Shown piece by piece: positions 27,650 to 39,870 of a stretch of 64,000 nucleotides of DNA (positions are counted from its first letter, which is position 1; the number at the start of each line of letters is the position of its first letter). The position numbers and the translations under genes are program-made. The notes beneath the pieces were generated by a model. That model worked only from the letters and a program-made list of their open reading frames with translations. It ran no database searches and was not told where the DNA came from. Source of the DNA: Octopus vulgaris (lineage: Eukaryota); NCBI GenBank assembly GCA_951406725.2, contig OX597814.1, positions 225,370,001-225,434,000 of the forward strand, written 5' to 3'.

Positions 27650-28840
27650 ATGTATTATGTCATTATTCAGTTTTATTTCAAGATTTCTTACCAATAGAGA
27701 AAGAACCGGTTTCTAACCTAGATCCAAGTCTCCTTCATTGGAATTTCAACATAACAACGGGGTATTTTTGTATGTATGTATGTATGTATGTACATATGTC
27801 AGGTCACTTTCGGGTGATACTGGTAACATGTAACCCAGTACAACCTGTTGCATGGACGGGTCGTCGGCGACTAAACCGGCAACCCCACCAAGCTTGCTTG
27901 GTGAGGAGGGTGCTTATTGGACACCCTATGGGATGAAAAACAAAACCCGTCAAAGGGCAGAGGAACTCTTGAGAGTCAACGGCCACCCAATAAATGTCTT
28001 AAGGCTGTACCATGCGCGGGGACATAGAAATAATCGGACTGAATACCCGATCAGCAGGTAAATAAACCATTGGGAGTGAAGGACTCCTAGTCTTTGTTAG
28101 GGCATCCTTCTACGAGAAGGTAACTCAGGTAACTGGGATAACTCCGACATAAAACCTGCGGCTCAGTGGTTACCGATGATGTTGAGTTGTTCTTCTTTTC
28201 GGATTATGGCTGCTGTTGCTTAGTGAGTGGGATTGACTCAGTGCACAGCCTTTCCTCACTTAAAAAAAAAATTCTTGCACAGGCATTGCACGATAACAAC
28301 ATTGGTTAAGCTTCGCGCAATGGTCATACTCGATAACGAGGGGGCAGCCACCATGTATGTATGTATGTATGTATGTACGTATGTATGTATGTATGTATGT
28401 ATGTATGCATGTATATGTGCAGATTTGTATGTTTTGTTTTGTGTCTTCTCATGCGTGGAGTTACATAACTAGACATACTCATATATATTTAAATGATAAA
28501 CTTCTGGAAAGTTTTACAGATTTTTACAGTTCCAGTGATGGATTGGATCTGTAGTCTTCGAATTAGCTTTATCCTTTCTGGTTTTGAGAAGCCCAATTTC
28601 TCAAGGTTGTTATTTAGGCAGTGTATTACATATCCCAGGGCTCCAATAATTACAGGTACAAACCTGAACTTGTAATCTGGATAGAGTAACTGCAGATTTC
28701 TCAATAGTTCAGCGTAGGTATTCTCATTTTCACTGATCTTCAGCTTTATGTTAACATCTGCTGGGCAGCTAATTTCCACAGCCCTACACGGTTTCTCTTC
28801 TCTGTCTCAAATCATTATATCAGGTCTGTTGTGCTTACAT
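27650..28840 (-). mobile_element. R4/Dong-like LINE 3' part (restriction-like endonuclease domain and 3'UTR)
   Basis: KHNRPDI...EISCP...PVIIGALG (PD-(D/E)xK-type RLE); 3'UTR with internal (CATA)n ending GAAATAAAACTGAATAATG. Confidence 0.85.
27799..28352 (+). mobile_element. Non-coding insertion resembling an RTE-LINE 5'UTR
   Basis: Interrupts the (TATG)n of the R4 3'UTR; GGCATCCTTCTACGAGAAGGTAACTC resembles an RTE 5'UTR motif; hairpin CACCAAGC-TT-GCTTGGTG. Confidence 0.45.
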
Positions 28841-28844
28841 TTTA

Positions 28845-29763
28845 TTGAGGTCTTTTGCCCAATCTGTTGCCACCCGGGATAAAACCTGAGTGGATAGAGG
28901 AGACTATCCGCCAGGGTCTGGGTGGTAGCGGAGCCAAGCTCCTTAATGTGAAAGATTTTCCTGCGGTTGATTGGGTTGGGTCAAAAGCTGTTTTGACCCT
29001 TTGAACCCAATCAACCAATCTGGTTTGTTCAAATTTTTTGAAAATGGTCGGGTGCAAGTACTCGGTGATTCTTGAGGGTACCTCCAGGTGTCATCGCTGC
29101 CTGGAGCCTGGCCATATAAAGAAAAACTGTCCCCAGGAATAAAGTAAGGTCCTGGAGCAGTTGGTTGAGACCTCTGTAGAAGAGGGAACGAAGGCGGCTG
29201 AGGAAGCGGAGGACTCCTGAGAGAAGGGCTAAGAGGAAGAAGGGGAGCAACAATGGGTGCTCACCGAAGGATCCTAGGGATAAGGGAGGGGAGGCGAATC
29301 TCCTGGTGAGAAGAATAGAAAGAGGAAGAGGAAGAGAAACGGGACATTGCCGTCAGTCGGTGACATAGTACCGGAATGTCCCGGAACCTCGTCAGTAGGG
29401 GTTGTGTCACTGGCAAGGGAAGAGATACTGTCGGTGGGAATTGTACCGCCGACAGTAGAAGTGACTACCTCGTCCCCGGAGGAAGACGAATTATTGGTCT
29501 TCTACAGGGGCGGAGAGGTAGAGAAGGTGTTGGAAAAGCACCATAAGGGAGTACCTTTAACCTGCACTGGGGATCCCGAATGGCCTCCACAGATAGCTGT
29601 GGAGATCATAATGTTTCCCGTGTTGCGTACGCTGCAGGTACTCAACGAGGAATATCGCTTGTGGCAGGGCGACGCCGACATAGCACCCGCCTTGTGCTTC
29701 AATGAGGCGTGGGTGATGGCGGAGGATGATGTCACAAGCGATGTTGGGGAGGAATATGGATAA
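28845..29763 (+). mobile_element. Tx1-like ORF1 (gag-like) remnant with CCHC knuckle, no ORF2 downstream
   Basis: LPPGIKPEWI...DWVGSKAVL...VILEGTSRCHRCLEPGHIKKNC parallels NWVGKKVEF...VVDGRRPRCYICGSEQHLKKDC of ORF 53550-54377; internal stops. Confidence 0.7.
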
Positions 29764-30019
29764 GAGGTTGAAAAGCCTCAGTGTTATTGAAAGTTCCTAG
29801 TTTGGAAAAAAAAGGGTAAGAGGCTTATTGCCTCATTTTGTTATTGAATTGTAAACAATGTAAGAGGTTTGTTGCCTCATTATTAATATAAGAGATCAAT
29901 GTTTTCGGGGGGAAAATAGGATCGGCGGACGTCCCTTTTCCCCCCATCTATCATCATTTTCATTTTTCATTTCATATAACATTATGTCTGTGTCGAAACC
30001 GCAGCTTCCTATCTCTATG

Positions 30020-30450
30020 TAAGGCCTTTATAGCCAATATAATGAAATAAAGATTGCTTCCCAAATAAATGGTTCCGAGTCCAGTCCTACTGCATGACAA
30101 CTTAGGCAAGTTTCTTTTATTATAGCCTCGAGCTAACTAAAGTCTTGTGAATGGATTTGTTAGACGGAAACTAAAAGAAGCCCGCTGTATACATATATAT
30201 GTGCGTGTGTGTGTATGTGTGTGTGTGTGTGTTTGTGCCTGTTTTCCCCCCACCGCTTGACAGCTGGCGTTGGTGTGTTTATATCATCGTAACTTGGGGG
30301 TTTGGTGTAAAGAGACCGGTAGAATAAGTACCAAACTTGAAAAAATAAGTATTGGGGTCGTTTCGTTCGACTAAAGTTTCTTCAAGGCGGTGCCCCAGAA
30401 CGGCCGTAGTCTAATGACTGAAACAAATATAAGATAAACGATAAAAGAAG
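30020..30450 (+). mobile_element. SINE family B
   Basis: Matches family B. Confidence 0.8.
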
Positions 30451-31373
30451 CTTCAATAACTTCAAGTTTATAGCAATTTTGCCCGAGACTTCTTTGACAC
30501 AATGTGTTACATATTCTAATAAATAGATTGTTATCGTTAATAAGAAACTGTTTATCTTCATTGAAAGCAGGACTTAATTTAAATATTTACTTTTAAGCGT
30601 AAAATATTGTCTTTTACTTTTCTCTCAATCAATATTGTCTTAATATTCGCTTCGGAAATTGCTAACATTTTCTTTGTATTTTATCTCTCTTGTTCTGTCG
30701 TATTTCAATTGTTTGCAAGGAATCTTTAAGATCGCAATACAAGAATAGAATCACCAACGAAGGAATACTACTCCAGCGAAGAGAAGATTTTCAAACATTA
30801 GAAACACCAACCCCATTTCCCATCCAGAAACGTATTGCGCATGTCAGTTAAACAACATGCAAACAAAAAGAAATTGATTTACTTACGATCACCAAACAGA
30901 GGAAGAGAAAGAATGAAAGTCTGATACAAAGTCTGGCGAAGCACATTCAATGCTGATTTCTTCTCTCAGGCGAGAGCAGTTACTGCTAACTGATGCTTGT
31001 GGAGGAGACTGATTAGTTGGTGTCCTAAGTAGTTAGGCTCCTCCCAAAAGGGCTGTTGTGCCTTCGGCCTAAAGTAAGGTCGTAATATTGAAGAAACTGC
31101 AAAAATGAAGACGTGAGATAAAATCAGAAGCCCTTTATTTGCAAATATAATTTACCATTCGAAACTTTGTAGTCAAATCTTCACCCGGGCTTATGCAGTA
31201 TTAGTTTTGTTGATTCGTAGGGTTTGTAAAGTCAAAAACTTCACTCGATCACGTCGAGTCAAAACTTCCCTGGATGCAAATTTACGTTATACGGACATTT
31301 TGCATTTTTTCTTTTTACAACGATGGACTTTATCTTCGTGGAAAATGGACTCAGTATGAAGATATTGATCAAG

Positions 31374-31760
31374 GCGGCGAGCTAGCAGAAACGTTAGCAC
31401 GCCGGGCGAAATGCGTAACCGTATTTCGTCTGCCGTTACGTTCTGAGTTCAAATTCTGCCGAGGTCGACTTTGCCTTTCATCCTTTCGGGATCGATAAAT
31501 TAAGTACCAGTTACGCACTGGGGTTGATATAATCGACTTATTCCGTTTGTTTGTCCTTGTTTGTCCTCTCTGTGTTTAGCCCCTTGTGGGTTGTAAAGAA
31601 ATAGGTATTTCGTCCTCCTTTACGTTCTAAGTGCAAATTCCGCCGAGGACGACTCTGCCTTTCATCCTCTTAAGTTTGATAAGATTAGTACCAGTTGAGC
31701 CCTGGGGTCGATGTAATCGATCCCGAACTTGTTGGTCTTTTGTCAAAATTTGAAACCAAT
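31374..31760 (+). mobile_element. SINE family A chimeric dimer (Tx1-like tail unit plus tail B unit)
   Basis: Junction GTAAAGAAATA|GGTATTTCGTC; flanks atgaagatattgatcaa / atgaagacactgattatcaa. Confidence 0.85.
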
Positions 31761-32490
31761 ATGAAGACACTGATTATCAATTCATGTTCCACCAGTTTTG
31801 TTTGGAGAGAATGGATTTGATCAATATCATAAATATTACTCAGAGATGTCTTATCCGTAGCCAACATGCAGAGTGCTAAACTGCCGAAGCATATGTGAAA
31901 GTTAAAGACATTCTAAAATGTTAATTATTCACACCGCTTGTTATCCAATTTCTGAACTGGCTAAATATAATTCTCCCACCAATGTCCAACTTATTTGCAC
32001 TCATTAATTCTACTTCAATTGTTATTTATATATTAGTTTGCATTTTGCGAATTAATGATATTATAAGGTAGTCCGAATTTATGCATCGGGCTGATGAACC
32101 AAAGTAGGATACATACGCTCACGAATTTATCCTGATTCCCAATAAGTGCCATTTGTGTAAATAGACCGTCAGAGAGATGAGTCTGTCAGCCGGTAAGTTA
32201 TGCGGTTACACGCATAGAAATTTGCATATATTTGTATATATATATATATGAACAAGCCCGAAAAACACCAGCCAATCGATAAACACGTAAAAGCCTACCG
32301 AGGAAAAAACGCAAGAACTAGACCACAAAGAATAAAGGATACGAATACATCACCGGTGCATGGTTGTAACAGTTCTCGCCTGAAAATTGACACTGACGGA
32401 AATCTCGAGTTGCAAAACAAAAACTGTCAGATTCAGTTTCAATATTTTCCTCTCGCAAAACAAATATCCTCTGCAACATGTTTTGAGCAG

Positions 32491-32524
<34 letters not shown>

Positions 32525-32715
32525 TAGGTGCTGAAATGTATGGGTTAAGGAAAATACATGAGTACCAGTTAATTATGGTTTTATTCAACATATTCCCCTC
32601 TCAGATTCACACACTTGTTGCAGCGATCCTTCAGTTTTCTAAACCCTGTAAAAGAACTCGGAAAGTCAGGCCTTTCGCGATAATCTTAAAGTCAGAAACT
32701 TTTCAGATCCCCCTC

Positions 32716-32718
<3 letters not shown>
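32525..32718. mobile_element. Mariner-derived MITE remnant
   Basis: Right end AAACTTTTCAGATCCCCCTCG-TA is a typical mariner TIR; internal piece resembles a transposase 3' end. Confidence 0.6.
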
Positions 32719-32790
<72 letters not shown>

Positions 32791-35174
32791 GAATTATAAG
32801 AACACATAATGCACACACAAAAACATAAGTGTGTGCTTGTATTTTCATCGTGTTGCCTCCAAATCTATAGAATCCTGTCATCCAAATTCATAGAGATCTG
32901 CTAAACTTTAGGATACTTTCACTTTGTATTAACTTCTAATCACACGTTGAACCGAACTACTTTTATTTCCACCCGGAGACCTCAATATTTTAAATATTAT
33001 TTTCCTAGGCTATTGTTTACGTGTACACATATGATTTTATAATTAAGTGAACGAGTTAGAAGTTACGAAAGTTGGTCTGGTCACTAAGTACCACAAATGT
33101 AAATATTTTGTTTCTTTTGAAGACAAATTCATCAGATTTATTGCGTTTATGTTTGGGAGGTGGTCATATGAATGACTCAGCAGTTGCGTTAAAACGTGAA
33201 TTATTCCAATAGACGTGATATTTCCAAGGTACTATATACAAATTTCGAAAAGACATCATATAGTATTGGAAGGTCATGTCTTGACATCTGGTAGCAGCCT
33301 CTGATTGAGTGTGTACTACAGATTTATCACATAATGAAATATACATCATGAAATTTTATAGGATTCTATATTTCACATTTTATCAGTTATTTTGTGAAGT
33401 TTTTAGAGTTTTTTTCAAGGACTGTTCCACTAACAGTTCTTCTGAAATGTGCGGCAAAAACCCCCATAAGTACCCCTTTGTCTATACGCAAATGTTTCTT
33501 TTCCGGATCCCTCTTAAGATAGATATCGCAAGCATGTTGTGAGTGCATGCATCTATGACAGTATTTTTTGTGGTTTTTCATCTTTTGAATTTCTCTCCTG
33601 TGCAGAAAAACATTAGCCTTGAAACAAAGCTGTTTCATTAAAATTTAGACAACATTAAGGAGGTAGTTATGTACGCATGTATATATGTATATGTCACTTT
33701 CTCTTTTTTAAATTTAGAGCAAATTTTGACCGGCCACCTACTTAGTATTAAGATAGTGAAGGAAAGCGCCTTGTTTTAACCAGCATCCTTTCAATCTTTA
33801 CCCATTAACTGCCAAATTTTTTCTTCGTATTTTTGCGCTTTGTCAGGTGTTTTAAGAGTTAAAATAATATATATTATTCAAATTTTCTTCATATGTGAAT
33901 TATTTTGGAAATTGGGATAATATTTCGAAAAGTCCTAAATGGGGATCGCGGAAAAAAGCATATTTATGCTTTTCTATTCAAGTGCAATACTGAACATTTT
34001 AGTTTTTTGAAACTATAGTATCAAATGTGAATGTGTATGAAATATCAATGAATGATATACATGAGAAATGCAAAAAGAAAAAACAGAAAAAGTAAGCATT
34101 TTCAAAATAGTCTGTATTTTTGTAGTTCAAAAATTGCAATATATAATACAAAATGTCCTCTAGAATTAGCGAGAGCTAATAATGACAAACTTTAACTTCT
34201 AAATATAGTTAAACACTCCTCTGCAAATGCAATTTACATAAGAAATTCACTTTAAATACGACGAACAACCAGCAGTGAGACTGTTTTTAACAGATCCTCA
34301 AATGGGGTTCATGGCAGGCAATGGGCTAAGGTCTTGCAGAATTTTTTTGTCCCAGATATCGTGATCATTTGTAGCGTATGAATGAAGAATTTACGTTCTC
34401 TCCCAAAGATCCCAGGTCCAGTCATACCATGCTCAAATATGTATGTATGAAAGCTTACATATACGCAAGCATACACATGCATATGCTTCCATGTGTCTAA
34501 GTATAGATTTCACTACATGAATAGATGCATGTTTTCACTTATGTATATACATACATATGCTTTCATATGTTTACACAGGCATATATACACTTATCACATA
34601 CTAAAACACTGGTAAGTTTTACGTACGTTTACGAATGGCTCCGTAAAGGTTCTCTCATTGGTTTGTATGTATAAATGGATGGTTTGATGGATGTTCTAGT
34701 AATTATATCCTAATCATTAAATCAATAGCATAAATTTCTGCTGGTATCAGAAACAGTATTAATTCATGTGAAAACTGATGACCTTCGGAAAAAAAAGAAA
34801 GAAAGAAAGAAAAGCAGAGGTAAAAATGGTCAATTAGATTGGTATCATTTGTTTTTGTGTGACCAAGAGTGAATCAATATTATTTTTAAATTGTAAAGTT
34901 AAATTTATGGCTTTGTAAGCTGTCGGGTATTGAAATGGTGTAAGATGCAATAAATTATGGTAATTTTCCGATTCACAAAGACGGCATCTCTTTTACTTAA
35001 AAAGCTACTCAATGAAAAAATATTGGTGAAAAGTAAAACATCGAATGTAATAACAGTAATTGCATCACAGTTTACAATGAAGTTTAATCTATGAGGCTAT
35101 AATCACATAAAGCAAAGCAAAGATCTTAAATACTATGTTTACCTAGAATAGATCTACGCGAAGACCAAACTAAT

Positions 35175-35370
35175 ATCTTTTGTATTTGTCTTTTACTTAC
35201 TTCAATCATTAGATTGCGGTCATGCGGAGGTACCGCCTTGAAGAATTTTAGTCGAAAGAATCGACACCAATACTTATTTTTTAAAGCCTGGTACTTATTA
35301 TATCGGTATCTTATATCGAACCGACATCGTTTGAAAAACGGTGGTGAGAGACAAACAGACTGACTCAAAG
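35175..35370 (-). mobile_element. SINE family B 3' half
   Basis: Tail match. Confidence 0.65.
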
Positions 35371-35378
35371 ACACACTA

Positions 35379-35431
<53 letters not shown>

Positions 35432-35534
35432 TATATATATACATATATATATATATCTATATATATATATATTTGTATTTATATATATATATATTTATAT
35501 TTATATTCATATATATATTTATATTTATATTTAT

Positions 35535-35790
35535 ATATATATTTCTTCAACCATTTTGATTGAATTTCTAAATTATGTTTTAGCATCTCAAAATATTCTT
35601 TTGGTTTGTCCTTATGTTTTGGATGATTTGTTATCAAATGACGTTGAAGTTTACTGGGAGCCATCGCTTCACTTGAGAGTATTATTAAACAAATCATACA
35701 AAAACGAACCGAGTTGTCTTTTCCCGGTAATATAAAACCTTGTTGGATGTAATTTTCATTATAATTTCGTTTGGATTAATTTCTCTTAGT
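35535..35790 (-). mobile_element. hAT (Charlie/Buster-like) transposase N-terminal BED-finger remnant
   Basis: KRNYNENYIQQGF...[35 protein letters not shown]. Confidence 0.8.
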
Positions 35791-36883
35791 GTTCCATGCA
35801 CATGTTAAAAGTAGCAGCCAGATCTCTTTCAAAGAACTTTTCGCAGTCTTAATTACGAAAAGAACAGATAAAACAATCCTAGATATCTCTTTAAAATTTA
35901 CAGGATGATCACAACTAGAAAGGCTGCACGGTCAGAACTGACTTGGATCTAAAAAAACAATATCAATATTAATGTTAATATTTCCCTTAATTCCAGGCAA
36001 AATACGCTGTGTGCCAATTTTGAAGTCTATTCAGTTATTTATTAAACATAATCATTTAATGATTCTGGTAATATCTTTTTATATGACATTATTCATTACT
36101 TTATCCATCCATGCCATCATCCGTAATTCTCGCTGTCTCCTTCCCTCCCACTTTTGATCCTAATTCTAATTTTCATCGTTAAGATTTATGGTGAGTTGCA
36201 ATGCTTGATATTGTATTATTGGTGTTTGTTTATGAGGATGGATTGACTGCTTGCATATGTCACGCGAGTGTATTTTGTAGTTATCATATTAATGTATCTG
36301 CAAAGTTATTTTACATTTAATCGAAACATTACACAAAGACATGCGTATAATATCTGTAAAGGCACGGCCTAATGTTTTAATCTCTTCCACCATATAATAT
36401 TTCTTTTTTTTTTTGTTCTCTATATTTCTTATCTCAATAAAGACTATATCACTTTACCACATGTTCCAAACACTTTCATTGTTGAACCTTTTCAAGATTC
36501 TTTAAACTCAAACGACAGACATTAAGATTTTACGCTTTCTTTTGTCACTACGCCGTTATTTTCGTACTCTGTAAAACGTATAACGTTTAATTTAGTTCGA
36601 TATTTTTGACACTTCTTGTACAAATAGGGATAATTATGACGGCTCTCCACGTTATAATTGATGACGTTATTTCTATTAATATTATTAGTGGAGTTATCGG
36701 TGAAGTTGCTGTTCTGCTCTTGATGTAATTAAGTGTATAAATAGAGATCAATCAATGTTTAACTTTAAGCAAACTATTTTTACGCCATATCAGGGGATGG
36801 GCCAGTCGAACATATTGGCTCAACTATACGTCATAGATCAGACTAAAACGAGTCGTGAATTTCTTAAAATTCCAACTATAATA

Positions 36884-37281
36884 TCTTTATATATAAAAGA
36901 GAGGTTGTGTGCTGTCTGTCTCCTACGATTTAGATTCCTAACTACTCCCACATTTTGCGGTGCAGTTTAACCAAAACCGGGTATCTTATAGTCGTGATTC
37001 ATTTCGAGCCCTTCTGGGTATTAGCGCGCGTCTACGATGAGTCTACGATTTAAAAAAAAAATTACCATCAATTTTTCCCATTTTTAATGCATTTTTGGCA
37101 TATATAAGGGAAGTAACTCTCTAAAAATTTATTATTAAATCTCAGAACGTAAAAAGCTACAGTAACAACCCCTCCCTTTGTGGTTAGCCATATTGAGATG
37201 GCTATTATACTTTACATCTCTAAAAATGATTATATAGTTATTTCCCTTACAAACCCGAGCAACGCCGGGCGATACTGCTAG
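36884..37281 (+). mobile_element. Non-autonomous Helitron
   Basis: 5' TCTTTATATATAAAA, subterminal hairpin CCCGAGCAACGCCGGG, 3' CTAG, inserted between A and T. Confidence 0.85.
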
Positions 37282-37559
37282 TGTATTAATAAAGCCGTTG
37301 CTTTTTATCTAATTTAACGGTAAAAAATCTCTTATTCACTGCGATCCTGTTTTTTTGTCTTGAGTTTATTTTGCAAAATCTAAAAAGTAAATTACAGAAA
37401 GAATCATGCTTGTATCGATATATTTTGTCGAAAAGAAAATACTTTTCTACCACCATATGCCGAGGTGGACGTGTCCTACGTCCATGAGGAGCTGAGTCAA
37501 ACTCTTATTGACTGAAAACAATTCCTACTCAATGTGTTGAGTGCAACTACGTTCTTTCG

Positions 37560-37982
37560 TTAGCGCTGGGCAAGTGTTTTCTACTATAGTATTGGGCCGA
37601 CCGAAGGCTTGTGAGTGGATTTCAGAGAAGGAAACTGAAAGAAGCCTGTCGTACGTGTGTGTGTCTTTTGACAAATAGACAACGTAACATAGAGAAAGAG
37701 AAAGAGAGACAGACAAACAGATAAAGATAGAATTAAAATGTGCTTCAAGAAAAAAGTTGTTGTAACCGTCGCTACGCTGCCGGGTAACAAATATAAAATG
37801 ACATCTGGTGTTGTGTGTTTGCGTACCCATAACTTAGCATTTCGGCAAGAGATACCGATATAATAAGTGCCAAGCTTTAAAAGAATAAGAACTGAGGTCG
37901 ATTCATTCAACTAAAAATTTTTAAGGCGATGCTCCCACATAGTCACAGTCTAATGGCTGAAACACATAAAAGATAAAAGATA
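37560..37982 (+). mobile_element. SINE family B, 5' truncated
   Basis: Core and tail match. Confidence 0.7.
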
Positions 37983-38112
37983 ACACAGGCTCTCTCCCTC
38001 CCTCTTCCCTCTCTCACTCATACACGCACACACCCACATACACACACACACACACACAAACATATGTATATACAGTATATATATATATAGAGAGAGAGAG
38101 TGAGATAGAAGA

Positions 38113-38260
<148 letters not shown>

Positions 38261-38902
38261 CGTACACCTAGGTGGTTGATAGATTGATTGAGTACCTTTA
38301 CTTTTTTTTCCGGTATTTGATTGAAAGATGAAGCCAAGATCATAATACAAATAAAAAGTGTTATTTTAACATAAGCTGTACATTAGCTAGATGTATTTCA
38401 GACTGGTTATTTTTATTGATATCTCAAGATTGTCGTCGACGGTAGACACTATCATGGGAAAATGACGGCGGTAGTTCCGTTTTTTTTAGTTGCATTTTTG
38501 TTTTTGTGATTCTAACTATGCATTACTGGTTTGTTGGTGTTTTTGTTTGCTTTTTCATCGTTATTTCTTGTTTTTTGCATTTATATGTTTTTGTATGTGC
38601 ATGTGCACTATTGCCTAGCTGCTTCTAAACTTGTCATTTTATATTTTACTTGTCCGTCACCGTCGCTACACTGCCGAGTAATGACCTAGTCTAGATGAAA
38701 TAGATCCTTCGGCAGAATCTTACTAGAATGACCAGACTGACATGCTCAACAACAACCTTTTATTATAGTGAAAGCCTTTTTTAAAGTCTATGGTGCGTTG
38801 TCTATTTGTTGAAAGAAATACAGAAACACACATGCAGAAACAACCAAACTATATGTGTTATATCTATATGCATGTACATTTATATATATATGTATATGTT
38901 TA

Positions 38903-39058
<156 letters not shown>

Positions 39059-39454
39059 GGTTACGACTTTTTCACAACCTAATAACCCTGTACTTTAATT
39101 CGATGAATAATTTCATAAAAGTCAGGAAACTAATATTTATTTTGCTTTATTTGAGATGAACATGGCCCCAACTTAAGAAATCGATCGCCACTTTTGATCC
39201 AAATGATACAAAATTCTAGTGGGGTGGGGTTCATAACTTGGTGTGCTAACTCACTGCAATACAGAAATAGTATATCTGAAATCTCAGCTTCCTAGTTGAA
39301 GTAGTGTCGGAGTTATAAGCTTTTAAAACAATAATCACTAGGTGGCACTAGATTCACACTTCAGTATTTCTGCTACTTAAATCCCTGTAAACGCAAGAGA
39401 GATATGAAATAAAAGTGTATTTATATATTTTTAAGCTTACTGAATTGAAATTTA

Positions 39455-39870
39455 TTATTAAATCTCTGAACGAGATGTAAACAGTAACCGCTCGACAATG
39501 TAAAGTATAATAGCCATCTCAATATGGCTAACCACTAGGGGTGGGTGTTACTGTAGCTTTTAGCCCCAGGAGATCATCGTCTCCAGCTGGCTTTAGGCAC
39601 ACTTTCTGTCCCCTTATGGCATACAGGCTTTCCCTTTCATCGTAATCCGGTGATTACCGCTCTTTGACAAGAGGCAACAGCCTCGAAACTGCGGTCGAGC
39701 GTATCACTTAGGCTTACAAGAAAGGGATGGCCTCCCTTTGCAAATACCATAAGAGCACAGAAAGTGTGCCTAAAGCCAGCTGGAGACGATGATCTCCTGG
39801 GGCTAAAAGCTACAGTAACACCCACCCTTAGTGGTTAGCCATATTGAGATGGCTATTATACTTTACATTG
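39455..39870. mobile_element. Penelope-like inverted terminal structure with hammerhead
   Basis: ~124-bp inverted arms 39496-39619 / 39747-39870 around a hammerhead; sibling at 43985-44270. Confidence 0.7.
39658..39701 (+). ncRNA. Type I hammerhead ribozyme motif, U3-A8 variant
   Basis: CGCTC-t-TTGACAA-GAGGC aaca GCCTC-GAAA-CTGCGG-TC-GAGCG; one extra base next to stem I. Confidence 0.6.

Noticed and set aside
32085-32125. CTGATGA motif here and at ~62582
   Set aside because: No properly placed GAAA and stems, so not called as hammerheads
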